Shown piece after piece: positions 43,347 through 52,648 of a stretch of DNA of 64,000 nt (its first letter is position 1; every line of letters begins with the position of its first letter). The notes beneath the pieces are model-generated. The model did no database searches. It worked only from the letters and a program-made list of their open reading frames with translations, and was not told the DNA's origin. Source of the DNA: Eubacteriales bacterium (lineage in GTDB: Bacteria > Bacillota > Clostridia > Christensenellales > Aristaeellaceae); assembly GCA_031555755.1 (NCBI GenBank), contig JAVBUD010000008.1, positions 1,785 to 65,784 of the forward strand. The letters run 5' to 3'. The position numbers and the translations under genes were made by a program.

Positions 43347-45260
43347 ATGAGAAAGCTGATCGCGATGGCGCTCTGTCTCGGGCTGCTCTTGGCGGGGCTC
43401 CCCGCGCGGGCGGAGCGCTCCATGGACGCGCTGAACATCGGAGTGCTCGCCCAGATGAGCGGCGATTTTTTCACCGACATGTGGGGCAACAACACCGTCG
43501 ATATGGACGTGCGGGCGCTGATCCACGGCCAATCAACCGTGTCGTTTGGCGGCCATGGCAATTTTGAGCTGGACATGAGCGTGCTGAAGGATGCCGCGCT
43601 GAGCGACGATGCGCAGGGAAACCGCACGTACCTGTTCACGCTGGACGACGGGCTGATGTACAGCGACGGCAGCGCGCTCACCGCGAAGGACTACGTGTTC
43701 TCGGCGCTGCTGCTGACCGATCCCAGGATGACCGATCTGGGCGCTGTGCCCGGCGCGATGGCGCATCTGGTGGGGTTCCAGGATTATGTGGAAGGCGTGC
43801 GCAATGAGGATGAGCAGGCGCACTTTGGCGGCGTGCGTCTGCTGTCGGATCGCCAGTTCAGCATCACCATTGCCGCCGATTTTCTGCCCTACTATTATGA
43901 GCTGACGCTGGTCAACATCCAGCCGTATCCCATGACGGTCATCGCGCCTGACTGCGATGTCCGGGACGATGGCGAGGGCGCGTACATCACCGGTCCGTTC
44001 AGCAAAAAACTGCTGCAGCGCACCGTGCTGGACCCCAAGAGCGGATACCGGTACCGGCCATCCCTCACCACGGGCGCGTATGTGCTGGACGCCTATGACA
44101 GCAAGGCGCACACAGCCACGCTGGCCATCAACCCCAATTATCCGGGCAACTACGAGGGCCAAAAGCCCAGCATCGAGACCCTCACCATCAAAACCATCGC
44201 AGAGGACGAGATGATCGATCAGCTGCTGACGGGCGAGCTGGACCTGGTGAATAAGGTCTCCAGCGGCGAGCGGATCAACCAGGGCATGGACGCATCGAGA
44301 AACGGCGAGCTGTCCAGGACCAACTATATGCGGGCCGGATTGAGCTTTCTGAGCTTCGCGTGTGAGCGTGAGCCTGCGCAGTCGCTAAATGTGCGCAAGG
44401 CCATCGCCATGTGCATCGACGAGGGGGCGCTAACGGAGCAATTCCTCAAGGGGTTCGGCTTGGTGAGCTACGGTTTCTACGGCTATGGCCAATGGATGGC
44501 CGCCGCCATGGGCGACGATGTGTTGCAATTAGCGCGGTACACCATCAACCCCAATGCCGCCATCGGGCTGCTGGAACAGGATGGCTGGACGCTCGGGGAG
44601 GACGGCGCGGCGTACGACGATGAGCTGGGTGGCGTGCGGTGGAGGAAGGCGGAGGACGGCAAGCTGGAAAAGCTGGGCATCAGCCTGGCGATTCCGGACA
44701 ACTCCGAGGCGGGCAGGCTGCTGGCGGCGCTGATCACGCCCCACATGGAGCGGGTGGGCTTTGCGCTGAGCGTGACGGAGCTGCCCTATGCGGAGCTGCT
44801 CAAGCACTATTACCGCCAGGACGAGCGCAAGTACGACATGTTCTTCGCGGCCACCAACTTCAACCTGGTGTTCGATCCCTACTACACATTCAGCACTGAT
44901 CCCGCGTATCAGGGCGTGTTCAACACCACCGGCGTCCAGGATGAGCAGTTGATGCAGTTGGCGGACGACATGCGCAGAACCGCGTATGGTGACATGGACG
45001 GCTATCGCGAGAAGTGGCTGGCGTTCCAGCAGCGGTTCGTGGACGTGCTACCGATGGTGCCGCTGTATTCCAATGTATACTTCGATTTTTATCGCCCCGA
45101 CCTGATGGACTACCGGCCCAATGCCAACTGGGGCTTTGCCAACGCGCTGCTGTACGCGCATCTTGGCGAGCAGCAGACAGAGGCCCCAGACGATGTGGAA
45201 GTAGAGGCCGAGCTGGACCTGAGCGGCGCGGAGGATGGGGAGATCGTGATCCTCGACTGA
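43347..45260 (+). CDS. ABC-type substrate-binding protein, family 5, orphan (no cognate permease/ATPase genes adjacent)
   Basis: Start at MRKLIAMALCLGLLLAGLPARA. The ~640-aa length and motifs (YLFTLDDGLMYSDGSALTAKDYVFS, ...INPNYPGNYEG..., FFAATNFNLVFDPYYTF) fit SBP_bac_5. Confidence 0.8.
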   Translation: MRKLIAMALCLGLLLAGLPARAERSMDALNIGVLAQMSGDFFTDMWGNNTVDMDVRALIHGQSTVSFGGHGNFELDMSVLKDAALSDDAQGNRTYLFTLDDGLMYSDGSALTAKDYVFSALLLTDPRMTDLGAVPGAMAHLVGFQDYVEGVRNEDEQAHFGGVRLLSDRQFSITIAADFLPYYYELTLVNIQPYPMTVIAPDCDVRDDGEGAYITGPFSKKLLQRTVLDPKSGYRYRPSLTTGAYVLDAYDSKAHTATLAINPNYPGNYEGQKPSIETLTIKTIAEDEMIDQLLTGELDLVNKVSSGERINQGMDASRNGELSRTNYMRAGLSFLSFACEREPAQSLNVRKAIAMCIDEGALTEQFLKGFGLVSYGFYGYGQWMAAAMGDDVLQLARYTINPNAAIGLLEQDGWTLGEDGAAYDDELGGVRWRKAEDGKLEKLGISLAIPDNSEAGRLLAALITPHMERVGFALSVTELPYAELLKHYYRQDERKYDMFFAATNFNLVFDPYYTFSTDPAYQGVFNTTGVQDEQLMQLADDMRRTAYGDMDGYREKWLAFQQRFVDVLPMVPLYSNVYFDFYRPDLMDYRPNANWGFANALLYAHLGEQQTEAPDDVEVEAELDLSGAEDGEIVILD

Positions 45261-45275
45261 ACGGAAATATAAGCG

Positions 45276-45310
45276 AAAGAGCCTGGAATCGCCAGGCTCT
45301 TTTCTTGTTG
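45276..45310. terminator. Bidirectional intrinsic terminator between convergent genes
   Basis: AAAGAGCCTGG (45276-45286) pairs with CCAGGCTCTTT (45292-45302), 5-nt loop, T-rich tail TCTTGTTG, A-rich 5' flank. Confidence 0.7.
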
Positions 45311-45328
45311 TACCGGGTCTCCGCCCGT

Positions 45329-45796
45329 TCAACCGATGCAGCTGTCTTCCGCCGCCAGCAGCGCCAGCGCGGCTGGCAGGTCCTGCTCGGACATCGCTTT
45401 GACCTGCATGGCGTGGCGGCACAGCTGCCGCGCCTCGCCGCCGTGTGTCACGCACACCGGGCCCTTGCAGCCGCCGGGATGAAAACCGCAGGGCTTGGCG
45501 AGCAGATCGCATCGCACCTGCTCAGACAGGTCATCCAGCAGTTCCGCGTACGCCTGCAGATGGTACAGTTTCAGCAGCGCGCTCCACTTCATGCCTTCGA
45601 TGCGCAGCACCAGCAGCGAGCGGGCGGGCTTGCCCTTGCGATACTCGATCTTGTACTTGTCATGCTTGCCGCCCGCCGCCGAGGCGGCACAGGTGCACCC
45701 GAGTGCCAGCATGCGCTCGTGCAGTGTGCCCACGACCGCCATCTGTGCCGGCGTCAGTGACGTCGTTGCCATTTCATAAGTCACCTTGTCCGCCAT
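45329..45796 (-). CDS. Hypothetical Cys-rich protein (155 aa) co-oriented 22 nt downstream of the GRE activase
   Basis: ATG at 45796 follows GGAGGCGAG. Eight Cys including KPCGFHPGGCKGPVCVTHGGEARQLC (Cx6Cx4Cx10C). No family recognised. Confidence 0.5.
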   Translation of the reverse strand: MADKVTYEMATTSLTPAQMAVVGTLHERMLALGCTCAASAAGGKHDKYKIEYRKGKPARSLLVLRIEGMKWSALLKLYHLQAYAELLDDLSEQVRCDLLAKPCGFHPGGCKGPVCVTHGGEARQLCRHAMQVKAMSEQDLPAALALLAAEDSCIG

Positions 45797-45818
45797 ACGC
45801 TCGCCTCCAAAACTCATT

Positions 45819-46580
45819 CTAGAAAAATGCCCGAACGCCGCAGCTCGAAATCGCATCGCGATAATCCATCAAGTACTGTTCCCTCAGCGGCTTGGCGTCC
45901 CGATATGCGTAGGCCAATCCGAGCTGTTCATACTTTTTTTCGCCAAACTGATGGAAGGGGAGCAATTGCGCCCGCTTGAGTCCCAGCTCGCTGAGCGCCT
46001 GGGCAAAGCGCTTCGTGTCCTCCGGGGCATCGTTGTAGCCGGGGATGACCGGGATTCGGGGTAGGATCTGGTCGCCTCGACGCGCGGCGCGGCGCATGTT
46101 CTCGAGGATGAGCGCGTTGCTGACGCCGGTGCCTGCGACATGGCGCGCGTCGTCCCAGTGCTTGAAGTCGATCAACAGCAGGTCGGCCTTCGATGCGACG
46201 CGGTCGAAGACATCACGGCTCACGAAGCCGGTGGTCTCCAGCGCCGTGTGAATGCCCTCCGCCCGCAGCGCATCCAGCAGCGCCGCCGCGAAATCCGGCT
46301 GCATTAATGGCTCGCCGCCGGACAGTGTCACGCCGCCGCCGCTCTCCTCATAGAATGGGCGGTCTTGCAGGCACACGGACAGCACGTCTGAAACCGACCG
46401 CGGCTCGCCTGTGGGCGTGCATATATCCCCATCGCGCAGCACCTGCGGCTGCATGCGCTGGCTCTCCGGATTGCTGCACCACGCGCAACGGAGCGGGCAA
46501 CCCTTCAGAAACACGACCGTGCGGATGCCCGGCCCATCGTGCAGGCAGAACTTTTGGATGTTGAACACGATCCCTTTCAT
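45819..46580 (-). CDS. Glycyl-radical enzyme activating enzyme (radical SAM, short PflA-like form)
   Basis: Start at MKGIVFNIQKFCLHDGPGIRTVVFLKGCPLRCAWCSNPES (CX3CX2C), then GGVTLSGGEPL. 253 aa. The ORF-track start at 46772 is an extension. Confidence 0.9.
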   Translation of the reverse strand: MKGIVFNIQKFCLHDGPGIRTVVFLKGCPLRCAWCSNPESQRMQPQVLRDGDICTPTGEPRSVSDVLSVCLQDRPFYEESGGGVTLSGGEPLMQPDFAAALLDALRAEGIHTALETTGFVSRDVFDRVASKADLLLIDFKHWDDARHVAGTGVSNALILENMRRAARRGDQILPRIPVIPGYNDAPEDTKRFAQALSELGLKRAQLLPFHQFGEKKYEQLGLAYAYRDAKPLREQYLMDYRDAISSCGVRAFF

Positions 46581-46680
46581 GAGCGGCCTCCACACGATGC
46601 ATTGATGCCATTGTACCACGTCTTGTCCAGGAATGCAATTCCGAACGAAATAATAATGAGTTGCGTTCGTAAATTCTGGA

Positions 46681-46709
46681 TTGACATGTCGCTGTGCGTG
46701 TGATATAAA
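46681..46709 (+). promoter_or_regulatory. Candidate sigma-70 promoter of the ROK-GRE operon
   Basis: TTGACA (46681-46686), 17-nt spacer, TATAAA (46704-46709). The hairpin/palindrome GGAATGCAATTCC lies just upstream (~46630). Confidence 0.5.
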
Positions 46710-46759
46710 GGATACAGGGGCAGAGATGCGGATGGATTGGCAAAGAGAGGGTGCGGACG

Positions 46760-47713
46760 ATGGGCATGTCATACACTGTGGGCGTGGATGTGGGAGGCAC
46801 GAAAGTGGCCTATGGGCTGTTCGACGGGGAGAAAAAGCGGATCGCGAAGTCTGTGTATCCCACTGCGCAGGGGTTGCCTCCGGCCGAGTTCCTGTCGGAT
46901 GTGGCCAAGCGCGTGTGCACGCTGTGCGAAGAGCACGGCGTTGACCCGCAGTCCCTGAGCGGCGTGGGATTGGGCATGCCCTGTTTCATCCGCCAGACCG
47001 ACGGCCACATCATTAAGAGCAGCAACATCCCCACGCTGAGGGATTTCCCGGCGCGCGCTTTTCTGGAAAATGCGCTGGGTACGCGCATCGAACTCGGCAA
47101 CGATACCCACGCTGCTGGGCTCGCGGAGAGCCGTCATGGCGCCGGCCGCGGATATCAAGACATGCTGTACTGCTCGGTCAGTTCCGGCATCGCGTCCGCG
47201 CCGATTCTGGGCGGCAAACTGTTTCGGGGCAGCTACGGCTTCGCGGGCGAGAGCGGGCACATGGTCGTGACGCCGGGCGAAGGCGTTACCTGCGCCTGCG
47301 GCAAACAGGGCTGCTTCATGAGCTGGTGCAGCGGCCACATGATCGTCAAGCATGTGCAGCGCTGGATTGCGGAGGGCGGTCAGACGGCCATGCTGGCCAT
47401 GGCGAACGGCGACCCGATGCGCATAACCACACATGAGCTCAGTCGCGCTTGGCAGCAGAGCGACAAGATGGCTGTCCGCGCGGTCGAACAAATGCAGCAG
47501 TTTCTGTCGCTGTGGCTGTTTGACCTGTATCTGTTCACGAACATCAACTGCTTCGTGCTCGGCGGCGGCCTGCTCAAGATGGGCGACGCATTCTGGGACG
47601 AGGTGTTCCGGCGCTTTCATCAGCTCGACGACGGCGGCATGCCGGTCTACTTCAAGCGCGCCGAGATGGGCGACGAAACGGGCATCATCGGCGCGAACGA
47701 ACTGCTGTATTAA
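46760..47713 (+). CDS. ROK-family sugar kinase (no N-terminal HTH)
   Basis: MGMSYTVGVDVGGTKVAYG (ATP-binding DxGGT), GNDTHAAGLAE, zinc motif GHM...CACGKQGCFMSWCSG. Confidence 0.85.
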   Translation: MGMSYTVGVDVGGTKVAYGLFDGEKKRIAKSVYPTAQGLPPAEFLSDVAKRVCTLCEEHGVDPQSLSGVGLGMPCFIRQTDGHIIKSSNIPTLRDFPARAFLENALGTRIELGNDTHAAGLAESRHGAGRGYQDMLYCSVSSGIASAPILGGKLFRGSYGFAGESGHMVVTPGEGVTCACGKQGCFMSWCSGHMIVKHVQRWIAEGGQTAMLAMANGDPMRITTHELSRAWQQSDKMAVRAVEQMQQFLSLWLFDLYLFTNINCFVLGGGLLKMGDAFWDEVFRRFHQLDDGGMPVYFKRAEMGDETGIIGANELLY

Positions 47714-47726
47714 GGAGCTGACAACA

Positions 47727-50129
47727 GTGAAACATTTTGGATCATTGACGCCGCGCATGCAGGCGTTCCGAGAGGCGCTGATCGACGCGCAGCCGCAGGT
47801 GTGCGTGGAGCGCGCGATCATCACCACCCGCGTATACAGGGAGCACCAGGACCAGCCGCTGGCCATCAAGCGCGCGCTGATGCTGAAAGAGATCCTGGAA
47901 GGCATGACCCTCTTCATCGAACCCGAGACACTGATTGCCGGGAATCAGGCCTCCACGAACCGCAGCGCGCCCATTTTTCCCGAGTACGCCATGAGTTGGG
48001 TTATCGACGAGCTGGATCAATTCGAGCACCGCGACGGAGACGTGTTCCACATCACCGAGCAGAACAAGCGGGCGCTGAGGGAGATCGCGCCGTTTTGGGC
48101 GCACAACACCGTGCTCGACCGGGGCCTGGCCGCATTCCCGCCCCACAGCAAGCTGTTCTACGACCTGGGCATCATCAAGTCCGAGGGCAACATCACCTCC
48201 GGCGACGCCCACTGCGCCGTGGATTACGCGCGCTTGCTGAAGGTGGGCTTGAAGGACTACGCCCGCCGCGCCCAAGAAAAGCTGGACGCGCTGGACCTGA
48301 CCGATTATCGAAACATCCAAAAGAGCTACTTCTACCGCGCGATCCTGATCGTGTGTGACGCCGTTCGGGCGTTCGCATGGCGTTACGCCGACCTGGCCGA
48401 GGAGATGGCGCTGCGGGAAGTGAGTCCAGCCCGTACCGTCGAACTGCACGAGATGGCGCGCATCCTGCGCAAGGTGCCCTACGAACCGGCAGAAACCCTT
48501 CGCGAGGCGGTGCAGTCCATGTGGCTCACCCACCTGGTGCTGCAGATCGAATCCAATGGCCACAGCTTGAGCTACGGCCGCGTGGACCAGTTTCTGAATC
48601 CCTATTTGGAGCGCGACCTGGCCGAAGGCCGCGCCACCGAGGCCGAAGCGTGCGAGCTGATGACTAACCTCTGGCTTAAAACTTTCACCATCAACAAGAT
48701 CCGCTCCTGGTCCCACACCCAGTTCAGCGCGGGCAGCCCGCTGTACCAGAACGTGACCATCGGCGGCCAGACGCGGGACGGCAGGGACGCCGTGAACAGG
48801 ATGAGCTTCTTGATCCTGCGTTCCGTGGCGCAGTGCCACCTGACCCAGCCCAACCTCACCGTACGCTACCATGCCGGACTCAGCGATGAGTTCATGAAGG
48901 CGTGCATCGAGGTCGTCCGGTGCGGATTTGGCATGCCCGCGTTCAACAGCGACGAGGTGATCAGTCCCTCGTTCATCAGGCACGGCGTGGCTCGGGAGGA
49001 TGCCTTCGACTATTCGGCCATCGGCTGCGTCGAGACCGCCGTGCCGGGAAAATGGGGCTACCGCGTGACGGGCATGAGCTTTCTCAATTTTCCCAAGGCG
49101 CTGCTGATCGCCATGAACGACGGCGTCGACCCCAACAGCGGCACAAAGCTTTGCCGGGGCGTGGGCCACTTCAGGCACATGCGGACCTTTGACGAGCTGC
49201 TCAGGTGCTGGGATGTGGTCATCCGCGAGATGTGCAGGCAGTGCACGATCATCGATGCCACCTGCGACATGGTGCTGGAGCAGGACACCGCCGACATCCT
49301 GTGCAGCGCGCTGACCGACGACTGCATTGAGCGCGGCCTGAACATGAAGCAGGGCGGCGCGGTCTACGACTTCATCTCCGACCTGCAGGTGGGCATCGCG
49401 AATCTGGCCGACAGCCTCGCCGCGATAAAGAAAGTCGTGTTCGAACAGCGGGACGTGTCCCCGACCCAGCTCTGGGACGCGCTCATGAGTAACTTCGCGG
49501 GCGCGGAGGGCGAGCGGATTCGAAAGCTGCTGCTGGCCGCGCCAAAGTACGGCAACGACGACGACGATGTGGATCAGCTGATCGTGGACGCGTACAAGGT
49601 GTACATCGATGAGATGAAGAAATACCACAACACCCGCTTCGGGCGGGGCCCCATCGGCGGCATCTATTATGCAGGCACCAGCTCCATCTCCGCCAACGTG
49701 CCGCAGGGGGCGGGCACGCTGGCCACGCCGGACGGCCGCAGGGCGGGCGAGCCGCTGGCCGAGGGCTGCAGCCCCAGCCACGGCAGCGACCGCAACGGAC
49801 CCACGGCGGTGTTCAAGACCGTCGCCAAACTGCCGACCGAGGAGATCACGGGCGGCGTGCTGCTCAACCAGAAGCTGACGCCGATGATGCTTATGTCTGA
49901 GGAGAACAGACAAAAATTGATCGCGCTGCTGCGGACGTTCTTCAACCGGCTGAAGGGCTATCATGTGCAGATCAACGTGGTGAGCCGGGAGACGCTGCTG
50001 GACGCCCAGGCGCATCCGGAAAAACACAGGGACCTGATCGTGCGCGTGGCGGGCTACAGCGCGTTCTTTCATGTGCTCTCCAAGCGCACTCAGGACGACA
50101 TCATCGAGCGGACGGAGCAGGCGCTGTAG
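47727..50129 (+). CDS. Glycyl radical enzyme, PFL2/eliminase class, substrate unknown
   Basis: GTG lies 8 nt after AAGGAG and 13 nt after the ROK stop. Thiyl loop YSAIGCVETAVPGK. Glycyl loop HRDLIVRVAGYSAFFHVLSKRTQDDIIERTEQ. ~800 aa. The ORF-track start at 47433 is an extension inside the ROK gene. Confidence 0.92.
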   Translation: MKHFGSLTPRMQAFREALIDAQPQVCVERAIITTRVYREHQDQPLAIKRALMLKEILEGMTLFIEPETLIAGNQASTNRSAPIFPEYAMSWVIDELDQFEHRDGDVFHITEQNKRALREIAPFWAHNTVLDRGLAAFPPHSKLFYDLGIIKSEGNITSGDAHCAVDYARLLKVGLKDYARRAQEKLDALDLTDYRNIQKSYFYRAILIVCDAVRAFAWRYADLAEEMALREVSPARTVELHEMARILRKVPYEPAETLREAVQSMWLTHLVLQIESNGHSLSYGRVDQFLNPYLERDLAEGRATEAEACELMTNLWLKTFTINKIRSWSHTQFSAGSPLYQNVTIGGQTRDGRDAVNRMSFLILRSVAQCHLTQPNLTVRYHAGLSDEFMKACIEVVRCGFGMPAFNSDEVISPSFIRHGVAREDAFDYSAIGCVETAVPGKWGYRVTGMSFLNFPKALLIAMNDGVDPNSGTKLCRGVGHFRHMRTFDELLRCWDVVIREMCRQCTIIDATCDMVLEQDTADILCSALTDDCIERGLNMKQGGAVYDFISDLQVGIANLADSLAAIKKVVFEQRDVSPTQLWDALMSNFAGAEGERIRKLLLAAPKYGNDDDDVDQLIVDAYKVYIDEMKKYHNTRFGRGPIGGIYYAGTSSISANVPQGAGTLATPDGRRAGEPLAEGCSPSHGSDRNGPTAVFKTVAKLPTEEITGGVLLNQKLTPMMLMSEENRQKLIALLRTFFNRLKGYHVQINVVSRETLLDAQAHPEKHRDLIVRVAGYSAFFHVLSKRTQDDIIERTEQAL

Positions 50130-50143
50130 GGAACTGCGGTTCG

Positions 50144-50890
50144 CTACGCCTTGAACACCCCGATCCCCTTTTCTACGAGCAGCGTCTCCGCCTCTCGCGG
50201 AATCCGCTCGTCGGTGTAAACGCCTGTCACCGCTGAGAACGGGACCAGCGACACGACGCCCCGGCGACTGAACTTGCTGCTCTCGGTCAGAATGTACAGG
50301 CTGCTTGCCCGCCTGCGCATGGCCCTGACGGCCTCCACGCGCATCATGTCGTCATTGGTGAACCCATAATTGGCGGTGAATCCGTCGGTGCCGATGAACA
50401 GCTTGTCCACACAGAATGACTCGCAGCACAGGGCGGTCAGCGGGCCGACCATCACCTGGGACTCGCTTTGGTCTTCGCCGCCCAGCAAAATGAGCTTGAC
50501 GCTGCGCTGGCCGCGCACGGAATCGGCGATGAACGCGGAGTTCGTGATGATCGTCACGTCACGATCCTGAGCGGCCAGCGCCGCCGCGAGCAGCGCACAG
50601 CAGGAACCGCTCTCGATCATCACCGTCTCGCCCGGCTGCACAGACCGCGCCGCCAACTGCGCGATGCGGCGCTTTTCTTCGTAGTGATACGCCAGCCGGT
50701 TGTTCAGGTTGTCGCGTGAACCGATCGTGGCATGGCCATGTTCGCGCACGATCAGACCCATCTTTTCCAGCGCGTCCAGGTCCTTGCGCATCGTCACCGG
50801 CGACACCTTCATCCGCTCCGCCAGCGTCGCCACTTCGATGCGATGCTCGTCTGTCAATTGTTCCAAGATCCGCTTCTGCCGGTCCATCAT
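50144..50890 (-). CDS. DeoR/GlpR-family transcriptional repressor
   Basis: N-terminal HTH RQKRILEQLTDEHRIEVATLAERMKVSPVTMRKDLDALEKMGLIVR. C-terminal DeoR sugar-phosphate-binding-type domain (VMIESGSCCALLA...LFIGTDG). Confidence 0.9.
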   Translation of the reverse strand: MMDRQKRILEQLTDEHRIEVATLAERMKVSPVTMRKDLDALEKMGLIVREHGHATIGSRDNLNNRLAYHYEEKRRIAQLAARSVQPGETVMIESGSCCALLAAALAAQDRDVTIITNSAFIADSVRGQRSVKLILLGGEDQSESQVMVGPLTALCCESFCVDKLFIGTDGFTANYGFTNDDMMRVEAVRAMRRRASSLYILTESSKFSRRGVVSLVPFSAVTGVYTDERIPREAETLLVEKGIGVFKA

Positions 50891-51035
50891 CGCACAAGCC
50901 CTCCATCAGTTTCGTTATCTTGAGTATAGCCGATTTTTTGCGGGCTCACAAGCATCACATGAAATTGTTTTCCTACCGTTCGAAACCGATAGCACCGACT
51001 TCGCGGGCATGATGCATGTCGATTTCATGGCGCTG

Positions 51036-51065
51036 TTGCGCAATGCGTGGCGCGCGTGATATAGT
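51036..51065 (+). promoter_or_regulatory. Candidate promoter of the second YesN/YesM-type operon
   Basis: TTGCGC (51036-51041), 18-nt spacer, TGaTATAGT extended -10 (51057-51065). Confidence 0.45.
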
Positions 51066-51112
51066 ACACAGAGCGTTGGCGCGAAAGCGGATGGCAGGAA
51101 AGGTGATGCCGG

Positions 51113-52642
51113 GTGTACAGGTTGTTGATTGTCGACGATGAGGCGGGGCACCGCGCCGGGTTGATTGGGCTGCTGCGCTCGATCAAGCCGGAGTATCTCG
51201 TGTTCGAGGCGGAGAACGGCGCGGTGGCGCTCTCGATGATGGATGCGATGGACTTCGATTTGGTGCTGACGGACATTCGCATGCCCCGGGTGGACGGGTT
51301 GGATTTTTTGGAACGGGCGAAGGCTATGCACGCGCGGGTGCGCATCGCGATCCTGAGCGCGTACGACGTGTTTGACTACGCGAAGCGGAGCGTGGCGCTG
51401 GGCGCGGACGATTATCTGCTCAAGCCGGTCGATCCGGACGAGCTGAACCGCTGCCTCGACCGCATGGAAAACCGGCTGGTTCCCCAGCGGGCCAAGGAAG
51501 ACGGACACAATGTGGAGACGAAGCTGCATCTGTTCGTCACCGGCGCGCTGCAGGAGGCGGAGCGGCGCGAGATGCGCGCGTTGTTTCAGGAGGGGGACGC
51601 GGGCGCGGTTTGCTGCGCGCTGCCTGTGGACGGCTGGCGGGGAGACGAGGCGCGGGAAGCGCTGAAGCACGCGCTGCGGGGACGGTTGAAGCAGCTGGGC
51701 AGCGCGGTGGTATTCCGCTCACCGGTGGAGCGCGACGTGCTCACGGGCATCGTCTCGTTTTCCTTGGACCGTGCCCGAGACATGGCGGCGGCGCTGGACG
51801 AAGTGCTCGCGGAACTGTGGCAGCGCCACGGGCAGAAAGTCGTGGTCGGATACACCGTGGTGGCGGGCGGCCTGTTTGCGCATCTGGAAGACGCGCACAA
51901 CCGCGCGCGGGCGGTGTGCATGCGGCATTTTTTCGAGCCGGATCGGCATGTGTTTGAGGCGGACGGGTCGGTCTCGTTCGACCCCTACCAGACGATGCGG
52001 CTGGATGTGTCGATCAAGGCGATGGATCAGGGCCTGTGCGCCGGGGCCGTCGAGCAGACGCTTCAATTGTTGACCGCCGAGATCGAGCGGCTGTGCGTGC
52101 CGGGCGCGTACCCCAGCAAGATCAAGGAAGTGATCATGTACACATTCCTGTTCCTGCTGAGCAATCTGAGCTATCCGCTGCCGCGGGAAGCGAAGGACGA
52201 GATCCTGCTGTCCATCGACAAGAGCGTGCTGGAAAGCCGCAGCCTGGGCGACATGATGGCGGGCGTGCGCGCCGCACTGGCGCGCATCGCGTCGGCGATC
52301 GAACAGAGCCGGGGAAACCAGCACGATGAGGTGTTCCAAGAGGTGCTCAGGTATCTGGACGCGCGGTTCAGCGAGGACCTTTCCCTGGCGTTTGTGGCGG
52401 AGCGGTTTCATTATCACCCTTCATATTTCTCCACGCTGTTCAAGCAGAATGTGGGCAGCACATTCTCGGATTATCTGTTCGATCTGCGGATGCGGGAGGC
52501 CGCGCGGCTGTTGATCAAGACCCAGCTGTTCGCGTCGAAGGTGGGGGAGAAGGTGGGCTATCCCAGCGCCGCCTACTTCACCAAGGCGTTCAAGAAGCGG
52601 TTCGGCATGTCGCCGGACCAATATCGAAAGCGCGGGAGGTAG
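51113..52642 (+). CDS. Response regulator, CheY receiver + long linker + AraC-type HTH (YesN-like)
   Basis: GTG start. RLLIVDDEAGHR...DLVLTDIRMPRVDG...DYLLKP. C-terminal HYHPSYFSTLFKQNVGSTFSDYLFDLRMREAARLL...AAYFTKAFKKRFGMSPDQYRK. Confidence 0.9.
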   Translation: MYRLLIVDDEAGHRAGLIGLLRSIKPEYLVFEAENGAVALSMMDAMDFDLVLTDIRMPRVDGLDFLERAKAMHARVRIAILSAYDVFDYAKRSVALGADDYLLKPVDPDELNRCLDRMENRLVPQRAKEDGHNVETKLHLFVTGALQEAERREMRALFQEGDAGAVCCALPVDGWRGDEAREALKHALRGRLKQLGSAVVFRSPVERDVLTGIVSFSLDRARDMAAALDEVLAELWQRHGQKVVVGYTVVAGGLFAHLEDAHNRARAVCMRHFFEPDRHVFEADGSVSFDPYQTMRLDVSIKAMDQGLCAGAVEQTLQLLTAEIERLCVPGAYPSKIKEVIMYTFLFLLSNLSYPLPREAKDEILLSIDKSVLESRSLGDMMAGVRAALARIASAIEQSRGNQHDEVFQEVLRYLDARFSEDLSLAFVAERFHYHPSYFSTLFKQNVGSTFSDYLFDLRMREAARLLIKTQLFASKVGEKVGYPSAAYFTKAFKKRFGMSPDQYRKRGR

Positions 52643-52648
52643 CGGGCG

